64,000 nt of DNA. Origin: an uncultured delta proteobacterium. Lineage in GTDB: Bacteria; Myxococcota; Myxococcia; Myxococcales; Anaeromyxobacteraceae. The notes under the pieces were generated by a model, which did no database searches, had not been told where the DNA came from, and worked only from the letters and a program-made list of their open reading frames with translations. A program made the translations under genes and the position numbers. The stretch covers positions 1 to 64,000 of the forward strand of contig CAWJSR010000039.1 of NCBI GenBank assembly GCA_963845515.1, read 5' to 3'. Each line of letters opens with the position of its first letter. The first letter of the stretch is position 1. Of the stretch, positions 19,795 through 29,118 are shown in pieces.

Positions 19795-21816
19795 TCAGAC
19801 GTTGCGGTTCGGGTTCGGCGTCAGCGCGGGGGACGGGCTCGTCTCCGCCGCCTGCGGTCCGCCCAGGTAGGTGTAGCCTCGCATCACGGCCTCGTAGAAG
19901 TCGGCCTGCGAGACGCCGTCCTTCGGCCGGATGGCCCCCTCCTTCACGCGCCCGTCGATGGCGTTCTTGATCCGGCGGAAGATGTCGTTCGGCTCGTACT
20001 GCACGCGCCCCAGGACCTTCTCGATGGTGTCACCCGGGATGACCTCCTCGATGTAGAAGTCCTCCGGATCCTCGTCGTCGGTGAAGACGTGGATCTCGTT
20101 CACCCGGCCGAAGAGGTTGTGCATGTCGCCCATGATGTCCTGGTAGGCGCCGGTCATGAACATTCCCAGGAAGTAGGGCTCGCCGGGCCTCAGCTCGTGG
20201 AGCGAGAGCGTCTCGTCGACGCCGTCGTTCTCGATGAACTGGTCGACCTTGCCGTCCGAGTCGCAGGTGATGTCGACGATGGTGCAGTCGTGCGTCGGCG
20301 GCTCGCCGAGCCGGTGGAGCGGGACGATCGGGAAGAGCTGGTCGAACGCCCAGTGGTCGGGCGCCGACTGGAAGAGGGAGAAGTTGGCCATGTACTGGTC
20401 GGCGATCTTGTCGCCGAGGTCGCGCGTCTCGCGCGGCAGCCGCTTCTTCCCGCGGTTCAGCTCGGCGATGGTCCTGGCCAGCTTCCAGAAGAGCGTCTCG
20501 ACGACGGCGCGCTCCTGGAGGCCGATCATCCCCAGGCGGAACATCTGGAGCGCCTCCTCCTTCTTGGCGACGGCGTCGTGGTAGGCCTCGGCGCGGTTGC
20601 GCGCCGTGAGCGACGCGACGACCTCGCGCATCTCGCGGACCACCTTCGGCTCGTTCGCCTCCGGCGTCGCGACGGCGGCGATCTCCTCCGCCGAGCCGAT
20701 CTCGATGTGACCGAAGACGTTCATGATGATGCACGCGTGGTGCGCCACGACCGCGCGCCCGGACTCGGAGACGATGTTCGGCTCCTGCACCCCCTCGTTG
20801 GTGCAGACCCGCTGCAGGTTGTGGACGATGTCGCCCACGTACTCCTCCATCGTGTAGTTGACCGACGAGGCGTAGCCCTCGGAGTGCGTGCCGACGTAGT
20901 CGACCCCGAGCCCTCCGCCGACGTCGAAGAACTCGATGGGGAGCCCCATCTTGCGGAGCGTCGCGTAGATGCGGGCGCCCTCGTTCACCGCCTCCTTCAC
21001 GACCCGGATGTCGGTGAGCTGGGAGCCGACGTGGAAGTGGAGGAGCTTCGCGCACTGCTCCTTCCCCGCGTCCTTCAGCAGCTTGACCGCGCGGATCAGC
21101 TCCGGCGCGGTCAGCCCGAACTTGGCGAAGTCTCCCGAGGAGCCCTCCCACTTGCCGGTGCCGCGGGTCGTGAGCTTGGAGCGCAGGCCGATGAGCGGCT
21201 CCACCTGCATCTCCTCGGCGAGCCGCAGGAGCTGCGGCAGCTCGGAGAGCTTCTCGATGACGACGATCACCTTGCGCCCGAGCTTCCGGCCGAGCAGGGC
21301 GAGGCGGAGGTACTCCTCGTCCTTGTAGCCGTTGCAGATGGTGAGCGCCTCGGGATCGGTGTTGTACGCGAGGACGATGAGGAGCTCCCCCTTCGACCCC
21401 GCCTCGAGCCCGTGGTGGTACGGCGCCCCGGCGTCGAGGATCTCCTCGACCACCTCGCGCATCTGGTTGACCTTGATCGGGAAGACGCCGAAGTACCTCC
21501 CCCCGTAGGACATCTCAGCGATGGCGCGGGCGAAGCACTCGTTGATCTGCTTCACCCGGGCGCGCAGCACGTCCTGGAACCGGACGACGCAGGGGAAGCC
21601 GATCTTGCGCTCCTGGATGTCCTCGACCACGTCCATCAGGTCGATGACCGGGCCCGGCTGGCCCATGGGGTGGACGACGACGTGCCCCTTGTCGTTCACC
21701 GAGAAGAAACCGGCCCCCCAGCCGGGGACGTTGAAGTACTGCGCCGCGCGTTCGATCGACCAGTCCGACGGGGCGGTCACCGTCGTCGCGTCACTCCTCG
21801 GCTCGGGAAGGCTCAT
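19795..21816 (-). CDS. speA: Biosynthetic arginine decarboxylase
   Basis: FPIKVNQ, LEAGSK.EL, CNGYKD, HFHVGSQ, DVGGGLGVDY, ESGRA, DITCDSDG, GAYQ..GDMHNLFG. Confidence 0.95.
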   Translation of the reverse strand: MSLPEPRSDATTVTAPSDWSIERAAQYFNVPGWGAGFFSVNDKGHVVVHPMGQPGPVIDLMDVVEDIQERKIGFPCVVRFQDVLRARVKQINECFARAIAEMSYGGRYFGVFPIKVNQMREVVEEILDAGAPYHHGLEAGSKGELLIVLAYNTDPEALTICNGYKDEEYLRLALLGRKLGRKVIVVIEKLSELPQLLRLAEEMQVEPLIGLRSKLTTRGTGKWEGSSGDFAKFGLTAPELIRAVKLLKDAGKEQCAKLLHFHVGSQLTDIRVVKEAVNEGARIYATLRKMGLPIEFFDVGGGLGVDYVGTHSEGYASSVNYTMEEYVGDIVHNLQRVCTNEGVQEPNIVSESGRAVVAHHACIIMNVFGHIEIGSAEEIAAVATPEANEPKVVREMREVVASLTARNRAEAYHDAVAKKEEALQMFRLGMIGLQERAVVETLFWKLARTIAELNRGKKRLPRETRDLGDKIADQYMANFSLFQSAPDHWAFDQLFPIVPLHRLGEPPTHDCTIVDITCDSDGKVDQFIENDGVDETLSLHELRPGEPYFLGMFMTGAYQDIMGDMHNLFGRVNEIHVFTDDEDPEDFYIEEVIPGDTIEKVLGRVQYEPNDIFRRIKNAIDGRVKEGAIRPKDGVSQADFYEAVMRGYTYLGGPQAAETSPSPALTPNPNRNV

Positions 21817-21903
21817 GTACGCTCGACTCTCTACACCCCACCGGGCGCGATTTGAAGGGGGCGCAATCGACTCGCCGCCCGCCCTCCGCTATGACCGGAG
21901 GGC

Positions 21904-23778
21904 GTGAGCGCCCGCCTCCCCCATCCGCACGCCGAGCACCGCGCCGCCACCGCGCCGCTCAGCGCCCGGATCGGAGGGCTCCGCACGGTCTTCCGCGAGG
22001 CGCCGGGCGCCATGCGGCTGGTCTGGGAGGCGGATCGACGCGGGGCGCTCCTGATCGCGCTCCTCACGGTCCTGGCGGCGCTGCTCCCGGCGGGGCTCGC
22101 CTGGATCGGCAAGCTGATCGTCGACGGCGTGGTGGAGGCCGCGCGCGCCGGCGGGCCGGCCGCGACGGAGCGCGTCCTGCGGCTGGTGGCCGCGGAGCTC
22201 GGGCTCATGGCGGTCCAGCTCTCGGTGGGACGCGCGCTCTCGCTCCGGCGCGAGCTGCTGAGGGCGGCCCTCGGCAACGTCGTGAACGAGCGGATCCTGC
22301 AGAAGGCGCTCACCCTCGAGCTGCGCCACTTCGAGGACGCCGACGTCTACGACAAGATGCAGAACGCCCGGCGCGAGGCGTCGACCCGGCCGCTCTCGCT
22401 GGTCTCGCAGCTCTTCGGAATCGGCCAGGGGCTGGTCACGCTCGCCGCCCTCTCCGGCCTCCTCTGGCGCCTCTCCCCCGTGAGCGTCCTCGTGATCGTC
22501 GCCGCGTCGATCCCCGCCTTCCTCGCCGAGGCGAAGCTCTCGGCGGAGTCCTTCAAGCTCTGGACCTGGCGCGCCCCGGAGGGGCGGAAGCTCAACTACA
22601 TGGAGTGGGTCCTCACGCGGGACTCCCACGTCAAGGAGGTGAAGCTCTTCGACCTCGGGCCGCTCATCCTCGGCCGCTACCGCGCTCTCTTCGCCAGGTT
22701 CTTCGCAGAGGACCGGCGGCTCGCCATCCGCCGCATGTGGACCGGCCTCCTCTTCGGGCTCCTCTCGCTCGGCGCCTTCTACGCGATGTACGCGCTCATG
22801 GCCTCCCGCGCCGCCGCCGGCGCGATCACGCTCGGCGACCTGACCCTCTACATCGTCGTCTTCCGGCAAGGGCAGGTGTCGGTCCAGGCGGTCCTCACCG
22901 CGATCGGCGCGATGTACGAGGACGCGCTCTTCATGTCCAACCTCTTCGCCTTCCTCCACCTGCCGACCGACGGCGACCGGCCGCGCTCGGCGCATGTCGC
23001 CTCGCCCCCGCGCGGGAGGCCTGGCGCCGTCGAGATCGACCGCGTCTCCTTCCGCTACCCCGGGCGGACGGAGTGGGCGCTGCGAGACGTCACGCTGACG
23101 CTCGCCCCCGGGGAGACGCTTGGGCTCGTCGGGGAGAACGGCGCCGGGAAGAGCACGCTCGTGAAGCTCCTCCTGCGGCTCTACGACCCCACCGAGGGGG
23201 CGATCCGCTACGGCGGGGTGGACCTGCGCGACATGGAGCCCCGCGACCTGCGCGATCGGGTCGGCGCCGTCTTCCAGGACTTCGTCCGCTACCAGTTCAC
23301 CGCCGGGGAGAACATCGGGCTGGGGCTCAGGGAGAGGCTGGACGATCGGCCCCGCATCGAGGCGGCCGCCCGGCGCGCCGGCATCGCCGAGGCGATCGAG
23401 GCGCTGCCGAGCGGCTACGACACCTCCCTGGGGAGCTGGTTCGACGCCGGACAGGAGCTCTCCGCTGGCCAGTGGCAGAAGCTCGCGGTCGCGCGCGCCT
23501 TCATGCGGGAGGAGGCCGAGCTGCTGATCCTCGACGAGCCGACCGCCTCGATCGACGCCGAGGCGGAGCACGAGCTCTTCGAGCGCTTCAGGGAGCTCGC
23601 CGCGGAGCGCTCGGCCATCGTGATCAGCCACAGGTTCTCCACCGTCCGCCTGGCCGACCGGATCGCGGTCCTCCACGGCGGCCGGCTCGAGGAGCTGGGG
23701 TCGCATCGCGACCTGGTGTCACGGGGCGGCCGCTACAGCCACCTCTTCAACCTGCAGGCGCAGGGCTACCTCGACTGA
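21904..23778 (+). CDS. ABC exporter, fused permease/ATP-binding protein
   Basis: N-terminal TM helices; GENGAGKST, LSAGQWQKLA, LILDEPT, SHR. Confidence 0.9.
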   Translation: MSARLPHPHAEHRAATAPLSARIGGLRTVFREAPGAMRLVWEADRRGALLIALLTVLAALLPAGLAWIGKLIVDGVVEAARAGGPAATERVLRLVAAELGLMAVQLSVGRALSLRRELLRAALGNVVNERILQKALTLELRHFEDADVYDKMQNARREASTRPLSLVSQLFGIGQGLVTLAALSGLLWRLSPVSVLVIVAASIPAFLAEAKLSAESFKLWTWRAPEGRKLNYMEWVLTRDSHVKEVKLFDLGPLILGRYRALFARFFAEDRRLAIRRMWTGLLFGLLSLGAFYAMYALMASRAAAGAITLGDLTLYIVVFRQGQVSVQAVLTAIGAMYEDALFMSNLFAFLHLPTDGDRPRSAHVASPPRGRPGAVEIDRVSFRYPGRTEWALRDVTLTLAPGETLGLVGENGAGKSTLVKLLLRLYDPTEGAIRYGGVDLRDMEPRDLRDRVGAVFQDFVRYQFTAGENIGLGLRERLDDRPRIEAAARRAGIAEAIEALPSGYDTSLGSWFDAGQELSAGQWQKLAVARAFMREEAELLILDEPTASIDAEAEHELFERFRELAAERSAIVISHRFSTVRLADRIAVLHGGRLEELGSHRDLVSRGGRYSHLFNLQAQGYLD

Positions 23779-23783
23779 CGATC

Positions 23784-24398
23784 ATGCGCGGACTCGAACA
23801 GATCCCCTGGCTCTACGATCTCGGGCTGGCCATCCTGGAGCGGGGCGGACTAGGCCGTTGGCGGCGGTGGCTCGTCTCCGGCACGCGTGGCGAGACGCTG
23901 GAGATCGGCGCCGGCACGGGGCGAGACCTCCCGCTCTACCCCGCGGGCCGACTCGTCGTGGCGATCGACCCGCACCCGCAGAACCTCGCGGCTGCCCGGC
24001 GGCGAGCTCCAGGGGCCAACCTGGTCATGGCGCGGGCCGAGGCGCTCCCCTTCCGCGACGGCGCCTTCGAGACCGCGGTCTCAAGCCTGGTCTTCTGCAG
24101 CGTCGACGATCCAGCGGCTGGTCTCGCCGAGATCCGCCGCGTGCTTCGGCTCGGAGGACGACTGCGGATGATGGAGCACGTCCGCTCCCACGGCCGGCTC
24201 GCCGGCCGGCTGCAGGACCTCGGCCAGCCCGCCTGGACCTGGCTGACCGGCGGGTGCCGGCCCAACCGTGACACCGAGCGGCTGGTGAGGGACTCGGGCT
24301 TCGAGATCGATCCCGCCTCGCTGCGCGAGGAGGGGCTCATGGTCCGCTTCGAGGCGGCCCCCCGAGCCGATGGCCAGCGCCCCGGGAGAGCTCAGTGA
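23784..24398 (+). CDS. Class I SAM-dependent methyltransferase
   Basis: LEIGAGTG, AEALPFRDGAF, VFCSVDDP...EIRRVL. Confidence 0.85.
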   Translation: MRGLEQIPWLYDLGLAILERGGLGRWRRWLVSGTRGETLEIGAGTGRDLPLYPAGRLVVAIDPHPQNLAAARRRAPGANLVMARAEALPFRDGAFETAVSSLVFCSVDDPAAGLAEIRRVLRLGGRLRMMEHVRSHGRLAGRLQDLGQPAWTWLTGGCRPNRDTERLVRDSGFEIDPASLREEGLMVRFEAAPRADGQRPGRAQ

Positions 24399-24640
24399 GT
24401 CGTATGCCCCGCCTCGAGCGCGATCTCGGTGAACCACTCGTCGAGCGCCTGCTCGCCGTACTCGCGCTCCAGCCTGAAGATGACGTCTATCTCCTCGGGG
24501 CTGAACCGCGCTGCGACCCACCGGTCGAAGCGCTGTGCCCTGGCGGAGCGGTCATGAGCGGGCGTGTGGAGCGGCAACGGATCCGCCCTCATCAGCTCGA
24601 TGAACTTCTTGCGGACGACCCGAAGGGAGCGGTCTTGCAC
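24392..24640 (-). CDS. Small hypothetical protein (82 aa)
   Basis: AGGAGG Shine-Dalgarno 7 nt upstream of GTG; helical, protein-like composition. Confidence 0.6.
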   Translation of the reverse strand: MQDRSLRVVRKKFIELMRADPLPLHTPAHDRSARAQRFDRWVAARFSPEEIDVIFRLEREYGEQALDEWFTEIALEAGHTTH

Positions 24641-24739
24641 GGCCACACCTCCTCTTCCGTTGAAAAGCAATTTGTGGACCGTCGAAAACGCGCGCAAGAC
24701 AATCCGTCGGACCCACCCTCGTCGGGACCCAGAGGCCCA

Positions 24740-25912
24740 ATGGACCCACGGTCTGCGCGCAAAGCGCTGCGGCGGGTTGTCGCGCTACTTGGGCTCTGCC
24801 TGCTCCCGGCCGCGGCCGCGGCGCAGCTCCCGCGCGCGCCCGCACCCGGCCCGGCGCCGATCCCGGAGGCAACGCCAGTGGATGGCCAGCCGGCCCCCGG
24901 GCTCGTCCCGACCGCCGGGGGCGAGCCAGCCCCTCCCGTCGCCACGCCAGGCCTGCTCGCGGTGCCGAACGGCTCCATCGTAGACACCTGGGTCGACCTC
25001 CCGCACGCCTTCCTGGAGCGGCGGATCTTCGGGATCGTCAACGGCTTCGACGAGTTCTTCGCAGACGAGCGCGACCTCAGCGTCGAGCGCCCCAGCAGCT
25101 TCGTCCGGCTCCGGAGCCAGATGCGCGTCGAGACGGACGGCACGCTCGGCTTCGGCAGCAGCGTCCGGGCGGACCTCGCCCTCCCCTACATCCGGAAGCG
25201 GCTGAAGCGGTTCCGCATCCTGCTGGAGGACGCCGGGCGCGGCCTGACCGACTCGGAGCCGAGGGCGCTCTCGGGTCGGACCGGTGGGGCGGACGCGGTC
25301 CTCCGCTTCACCCTGCTCGACACCCTCCGCTCCTCGCTCGACCTGGGAGGCGGCGTCATCTTCGCCCTGCCAGCCGGGGTGGTCGGCCGCCTTCGCTTCC
25401 GCCACGCGCACGAGCTTGGCCGCGTTGCGCTCGCCCGGATCGCGGCCTCGGGCTTCTGGAATTCGATCGACGGCTGGGGGACCAACGGCTCGCTCGCCTT
25501 CGAGCGTGCGCTGCGCCAGCGCCTCCTGCTCCGCTGGACCAACGGCACCCTGGTGACGCAGTCCTCCCACGGGTACGAGAGCGCCTCGGAGCTGGCGCTG
25601 CTGGCCAGCGTCGGACGCTTCACCGGCCTGACGCTGCTCAGCTCGTTGTCTACGAGGTCGAAGCCGGAGCTCGTCGTCCAGACCTGGCGCGTCGCCGCGC
25701 GCGTCCGGACGTCGCTATACCGCAGATGGATCTTCGGCGAGGTCGAGCCCGAGGTTGCGTGGCCGCTCGAGGCGACCGGACGCAGGACCGTGCCGGCCGT
25801 GATCTTCCGGCTCGAGATCCAGTTCGAGCAGGCCGCGGTGAAGTCGAAGGTTGCGGCTGGCGGGCAGAGCGGTCTAGCTTCAGGCTCGGGAACCTCGAAG
25901 GGGGCGAAATGA
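24740..25912 (+). CDS. Hypothetical exported protein, probable outer-membrane beta-barrel
   Basis: Signal peptide ending AAAAA-Q; Pro-rich linker; FDEFF motif; alternating beta-strands ending RLEIQF. Confidence 0.65.
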   Translation: MDPRSARKALRRVVALLGLCLLPAAAAAQLPRAPAPGPAPIPEATPVDGQPAPGLVPTAGGEPAPPVATPGLLAVPNGSIVDTWVDLPHAFLERRIFGIVNGFDEFFADERDLSVERPSSFVRLRSQMRVETDGTLGFGSSVRADLALPYIRKRLKRFRILLEDAGRGLTDSEPRALSGRTGGADAVLRFTLLDTLRSSLDLGGGVIFALPAGVVGRLRFRHAHELGRVALARIAASGFWNSIDGWGTNGSLAFERALRQRLLLRWTNGTLVTQSSHGYESASELALLASVGRFTGLTLLSSLSTRSKPELVVQTWRVAARVRTSLYRRWIFGEVEPEVAWPLEATGRRTVPAVIFRLEIQFEQAAVKSKVAAGGQSGLASGSGTSKGAK

Positions 25913-27003
25913 CCAGGGCGCTGCGCATCGCGATCAACACCGGCGGCGGCGACGCCCCCGGGCTCAACGCGGTCATCTACGCAGTGACCCTCGCGGCTCA
26001 CCGGCGCGGCTGGGAGGTCTTCGGGATCCAGTCCGGCTACGCCGGCCTGCTCGACACGAGCAAGATCGTTCAGCTGACGCCGGATCGGGTCGCCGGAATC
26101 GTCGAGCACGGCGGGACGATCCTCGGCACGACCAACCGCGGCGACCCGTTCCGGCTCCCCGTGAAGAACCTCGCCGGCCAGGTGGAGTTCCACGACGTCT
26201 CGGACCGGGTCGTCGAGAACTTCAAGCGGCTCGGGTTCGACGTCCTCGTCGCCGTCGGTGGCGACGGGAGCCTGACGCTCGGCCACCAGTTCACGCAGAA
26301 GGGGATCCCGGTCATCGGCGTCCCCAAGACGATCGACAACGATCTGGCCGGGACCCAGCAGACCTTCGGCTTCGACACCGCAGTCACCACCGCGACCGAT
26401 GCGATCGACAAGCTCAAGTCGACCGCCTCCGCGCACGAGCGGACCATGGTGGTCGAGGTCATGGGGCGCAACGCCGGCTGGATCGCGCTCCACTCCGGGC
26501 TCTCCGGCTCAGCGGACGTGATCCTCATCCCGGAGATCCCCTTCGACGTGGACAAGATCTGCGAGCGGCTCCGCGAGGACGAGCTTCACGGCAAGCGCTG
26601 GGGCATCGTCGTCGCGGCCGAGGGGGCGACGCCGGTCGGCGGGGAGGCGATCACGAAGCCGAACACCGACGTCGGGAGGCGCGAGGTGCTCCTCGGCGGC
26701 GTGGCCGAGTGGGTCGCGAAGCAGATCGCCGAGCGCAGCGGGCGGGAGACCAGGTCCCTGGTCCTCGGCCACCTGCAGCGCGGCGGCTCGCCCACCACGT
26801 TCGACCGGCTCGTGGCGCTCCGCTTCGGCGCCGCCGCGGTCCGCTTCATCGCCGAGGGCAAGCGGAACGTCATGGTCGCGTACCAGCCGCCCGAGATGGT
26901 GGCGGTCCCGCTCGACGAGGTGATCACCAGGACGAAGACGGTCCCGGTGGACAGCGACACCGTCACTACCTGCCGCGAGCTCGGGGTCTCGTTCGGGGAC
27001 TGA
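25909..27003 (+). CDS. pfkA: 6-phosphofructokinase
   Basis: TGGGDAPGLN, GGTILGT, GGDGS, PKTIDND, VEVMGRNAG, LGHLQRGG. Confidence 0.93.
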   Translation: MTRALRIAINTGGGDAPGLNAVIYAVTLAAHRRGWEVFGIQSGYAGLLDTSKIVQLTPDRVAGIVEHGGTILGTTNRGDPFRLPVKNLAGQVEFHDVSDRVVENFKRLGFDVLVAVGGDGSLTLGHQFTQKGIPVIGVPKTIDNDLAGTQQTFGFDTAVTTATDAIDKLKSTASAHERTMVVEVMGRNAGWIALHSGLSGSADVILIPEIPFDVDKICERLREDELHGKRWGIVVAAEGATPVGGEAITKPNTDVGRREVLLGGVAEWVAKQIAERSGRETRSLVLGHLQRGGSPTTFDRLVALRFGAAAVRFIAEGKRNVMVAYQPPEMVAVPLDEVITRTKTVPVDSDTVTTCRELGVSFGD

Positions 27004-27961
27004 TCCTGGCGTCGCGCAGGAGGGCGATCGCGGCCGCCAGATCCTCCGGGATCGGCGCCTCGAACGCCACCCGCTTCCCCGAGACCGGATGGTCGAACGC
27101 CAGCCGCCAGGCGTGCAGCGCCTGCCGCCCCAGCGCCTCGGCCGCGCGCCGTACCGGGTCCGCCGCGTCCAGCCTCGCCTCGCGCCGCCTCCCACCATAG
27201 GGCTCGTCGGCGAGCAGCGGGTGGCCGGCCTCCGAGAGGTGGACGCGGATCTGGTGCGTCCTGCCCGTGTGGAGCGTGATCTCCGCCAGCGTCGCCGCCT
27301 CACCGAACCGCTCCCTGACGACCCACTCGGTCACGGCGCGGCGGCCGCTCCGGGCCTTCGACGTGAAGCGCTTGCGGTCGCGGGGGTGGCGTCCGTAGAA
27401 GGTGTCGAGCCTGCCCTGCTCGGGGAGGGCGCCGTGGCAGAGGGCTAGGTAGGTCTTCTCGACCGTCCGCCCCTTGAACTGGGACTGGAGCGCGGCGAGC
27501 GCCGCGGAGGTCCGGGCGACCACCAGACAGCCCGATGTCTCCTTGTCGAGCCGGTGGACCAACCCCAGCCGATCCCCACCGGGCGCACCGTCGCCGAGCC
27601 GGTGCAGCAGCGCGTTTACGACCGTCGAGTGGGGCGAGCCGCGCGCCGGGTGGACGACCATCCCCGCGGCCTTGTCGAGGACCATGATCGCCGCGTCCTC
27701 GTGAAGGACGGCGAGCGGGAGGTTCTGCGCGACGAGCCCCGACGGCTCCGGTGGCGGGATCTCGACCGCGAGCGAGTCGCCGGAACGCACCCTGTGCGAC
27801 GCCTTCGCGGCGACCCCGCCGAGCGTGACGTGCCCCCCCTCGATGAGCGCCTGCGCCCGCGCGCGGCTGAGGTCGCCGAAGGCGCGTGCCACGGCGACGT
27901 CCAGCCGGAGTCCGGCCAGGTCGACGGGGACGACGAGGGATCTGCGATCGGTCACGGCCAC
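26966..27961 (-). CDS. rluD: RluA/RluD family pseudouridine synthase
   Basis: N-terminal S4 domain, VHRLDKETSG, TGRTHQIRVH, RQALHA. Confidence 0.9.
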   Translation of the reverse strand: MAVTDRRSLVVPVDLAGLRLDVAVARAFGDLSRARAQALIEGGHVTLGGVAAKASHRVRSGDSLAVEIPPPEPSGLVAQNLPLAVLHEDAAIMVLDKAAGMVVHPARGSPHSTVVNALLHRLGDGAPGGDRLGLVHRLDKETSGCLVVARTSAALAALQSQFKGRTVEKTYLALCHGALPEQGRLDTFYGRHPRDRKRFTSKARSGRRAVTEWVVRERFGEAATLAEITLHTGRTHQIRVHLSEAGHPLLADEPYGGRRREARLDAADPVRRAAEALGRQALHAWRLAFDHPVSGKRVAFEAPIPEDLAAAIALLRDARISPRTRPRARGR

Positions 27962-27968
27962 CCGGCCG

Positions 27969-28235
27969 CTACCAGATCTTCGACTTCACGTGCCCCTTGG
28001 CCTTCAGGATGACGTCGATGATGGCACGGTCGTAGAAGTTGGTCTTCGCGAACAGGTCTGGCGAGACACGAGAGCGGTAGAGATCGCGCCCTTCCTCCAG
28101 CTCGTCCCTCATCGCGTCGAAGAAGGTGTCTTGCTGGATGCCCTTGATGATCTTCTCCTCGTTGTACAGCGACACGTCGGAGCAGATCGCGCGCGCAAGG
28201 CGCATGGCTTGCTCGGGTGACTCTATGAGCGGCAT
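27969..28235 (-). CDS. Conserved 88-aa deltaproteobacterial protein (possibly RomX-like; tentative)
   Basis: RLARAICSDVSLYNEEKI...EEGRDLY; clean ORF with its own promoter; RomX likeness is from memory and unverified. Confidence 0.7.
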   Translation of the reverse strand: MPLIESPEQAMRLARAICSDVSLYNEEKIIKGIQQDTFFDAMRDELEEGRDLYRSRVSPDLFAKTNFYDRAIIDVILKAKGHVKSKIW

Positions 28236-28244
28236 CGTGGAGAA

Positions 28245-28273
28245 ATCCTAAGTCCTGACGGGGGTGAGGTCAA
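28245..28273 (-). promoter_or_regulatory. Sigma70-type promoter of the 88-aa gene
   Basis: TTGACC-17 nt-TAGGAT, 9 nt before the ATG. Confidence 0.6.
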
Positions 28274-28284
28274 CGAAGCTGCGG

Positions 28285-29118
28285 TCAGCGCTGCTGCCCG
28301 CTGGGATCGCCGCCGCCGGCAGTCATCCGCTCCAGGTACGAGCGGGCCACCTTCTGGCCGTCGAGCCGGAGCTCGCGCGCGACGGCGACGATGATCCCGC
28401 GGAGGTAGACGGGCGCCGGAAGCAGCGAGAAGCGCTCCGCCTCGATGTTCTCGAGGTGGTAGCGCGTGATCTTGGTCCGGTCGCAGACCTCCCGGACCGA
28501 CAGCCCCCTGCTCTCGCGGACCTTGCGCAGCGCCTCCCCGGTCCAGAGCGCCCCCTCGATGATTGGCAGATCGCGGGCCGGCTGCTGCGGCTCGACCTCC
28601 CTCATCAGGAGGATGGGCGCGGGGCCGACCGGCACGGGCGCGGCGGCCGGCGCCGGCTCCGCTGCTACGGGCGCGGCGACGGAGGCCACGGCAGGCTCCG
28701 CAGGCTCTAGCCCCTTCGCCTCCAACGGGGGCTCCGACTTCGGCGGCTCGGCCGTGCGTGGCGGCGGCGTCGGGGTCCGCGCGAGCGGGGGGACCAGGAA
28801 CGGGCGCTGCGGCCCCGCCGCGACCGCGCCGGCGCCGGTGGCGGCGATCCGCACCGCGGCATTCCGAGCGGTGGCCGCGGTCTCGAGGGCCGCGTCGTAG
28901 CGCTTCCTGGCGTCGGGATCGAGCAGGACGCGCTTCGCCTCCTCGATCCGCTCTGCGAGGATCGCCGCCTCCTCGGGCGCCATCAGCGAGTAGGTCGCGA
29001 GCGATCCGGGGCCGAAGACGTCGCGCGCGCGCGCGTAGGCGGACTCGATCTCCGGCGGCGCCGCGTCGGTCGGCACCTCGAGGATCTCGTAGAGCGACTG
29101 TTCGGTGAGGCGCTTCAC
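28285..29118 (-). CDS. J-like domain + Pro/Ala linker + RodZ-type HTH protein
   Basis: YEILEV...LLDPDARKRYD; GEALRKVRESRGLS...TKI..LENIE...LPAPVYLRG; GTGA overlap with the upstream gene. Confidence 0.8.
   Translation of the reverse strand: MKRLTEQSLYEILEVPTDAAPPEIESAYARARDVFGPGSLATYSLMAPEEAAILAERIEEAKRVLLDPDARKRYDAALETAATARNAAVRIAATGAGAVAAGPQRPFLVPPLARTPTPPPRTAEPPKSEPPLEAKGLEPAEPAVASVAAPVAAEPAPAAAPVPVGPAPILLMREVEPQQPARDLPIIEGALWTGEALRKVRESRGLSVREVCDRTKITRYHLENIEAERFSLLPAPVYLRGIIVAVARELRLDGQKVARSYLERMTAGGGDPSGQQR

Noticed and set aside
26966..27003. 38-nt convergent overlap of pfkA and rluD
   Set aside because: Short tail-to-tail overlaps are common in high-GC genomes
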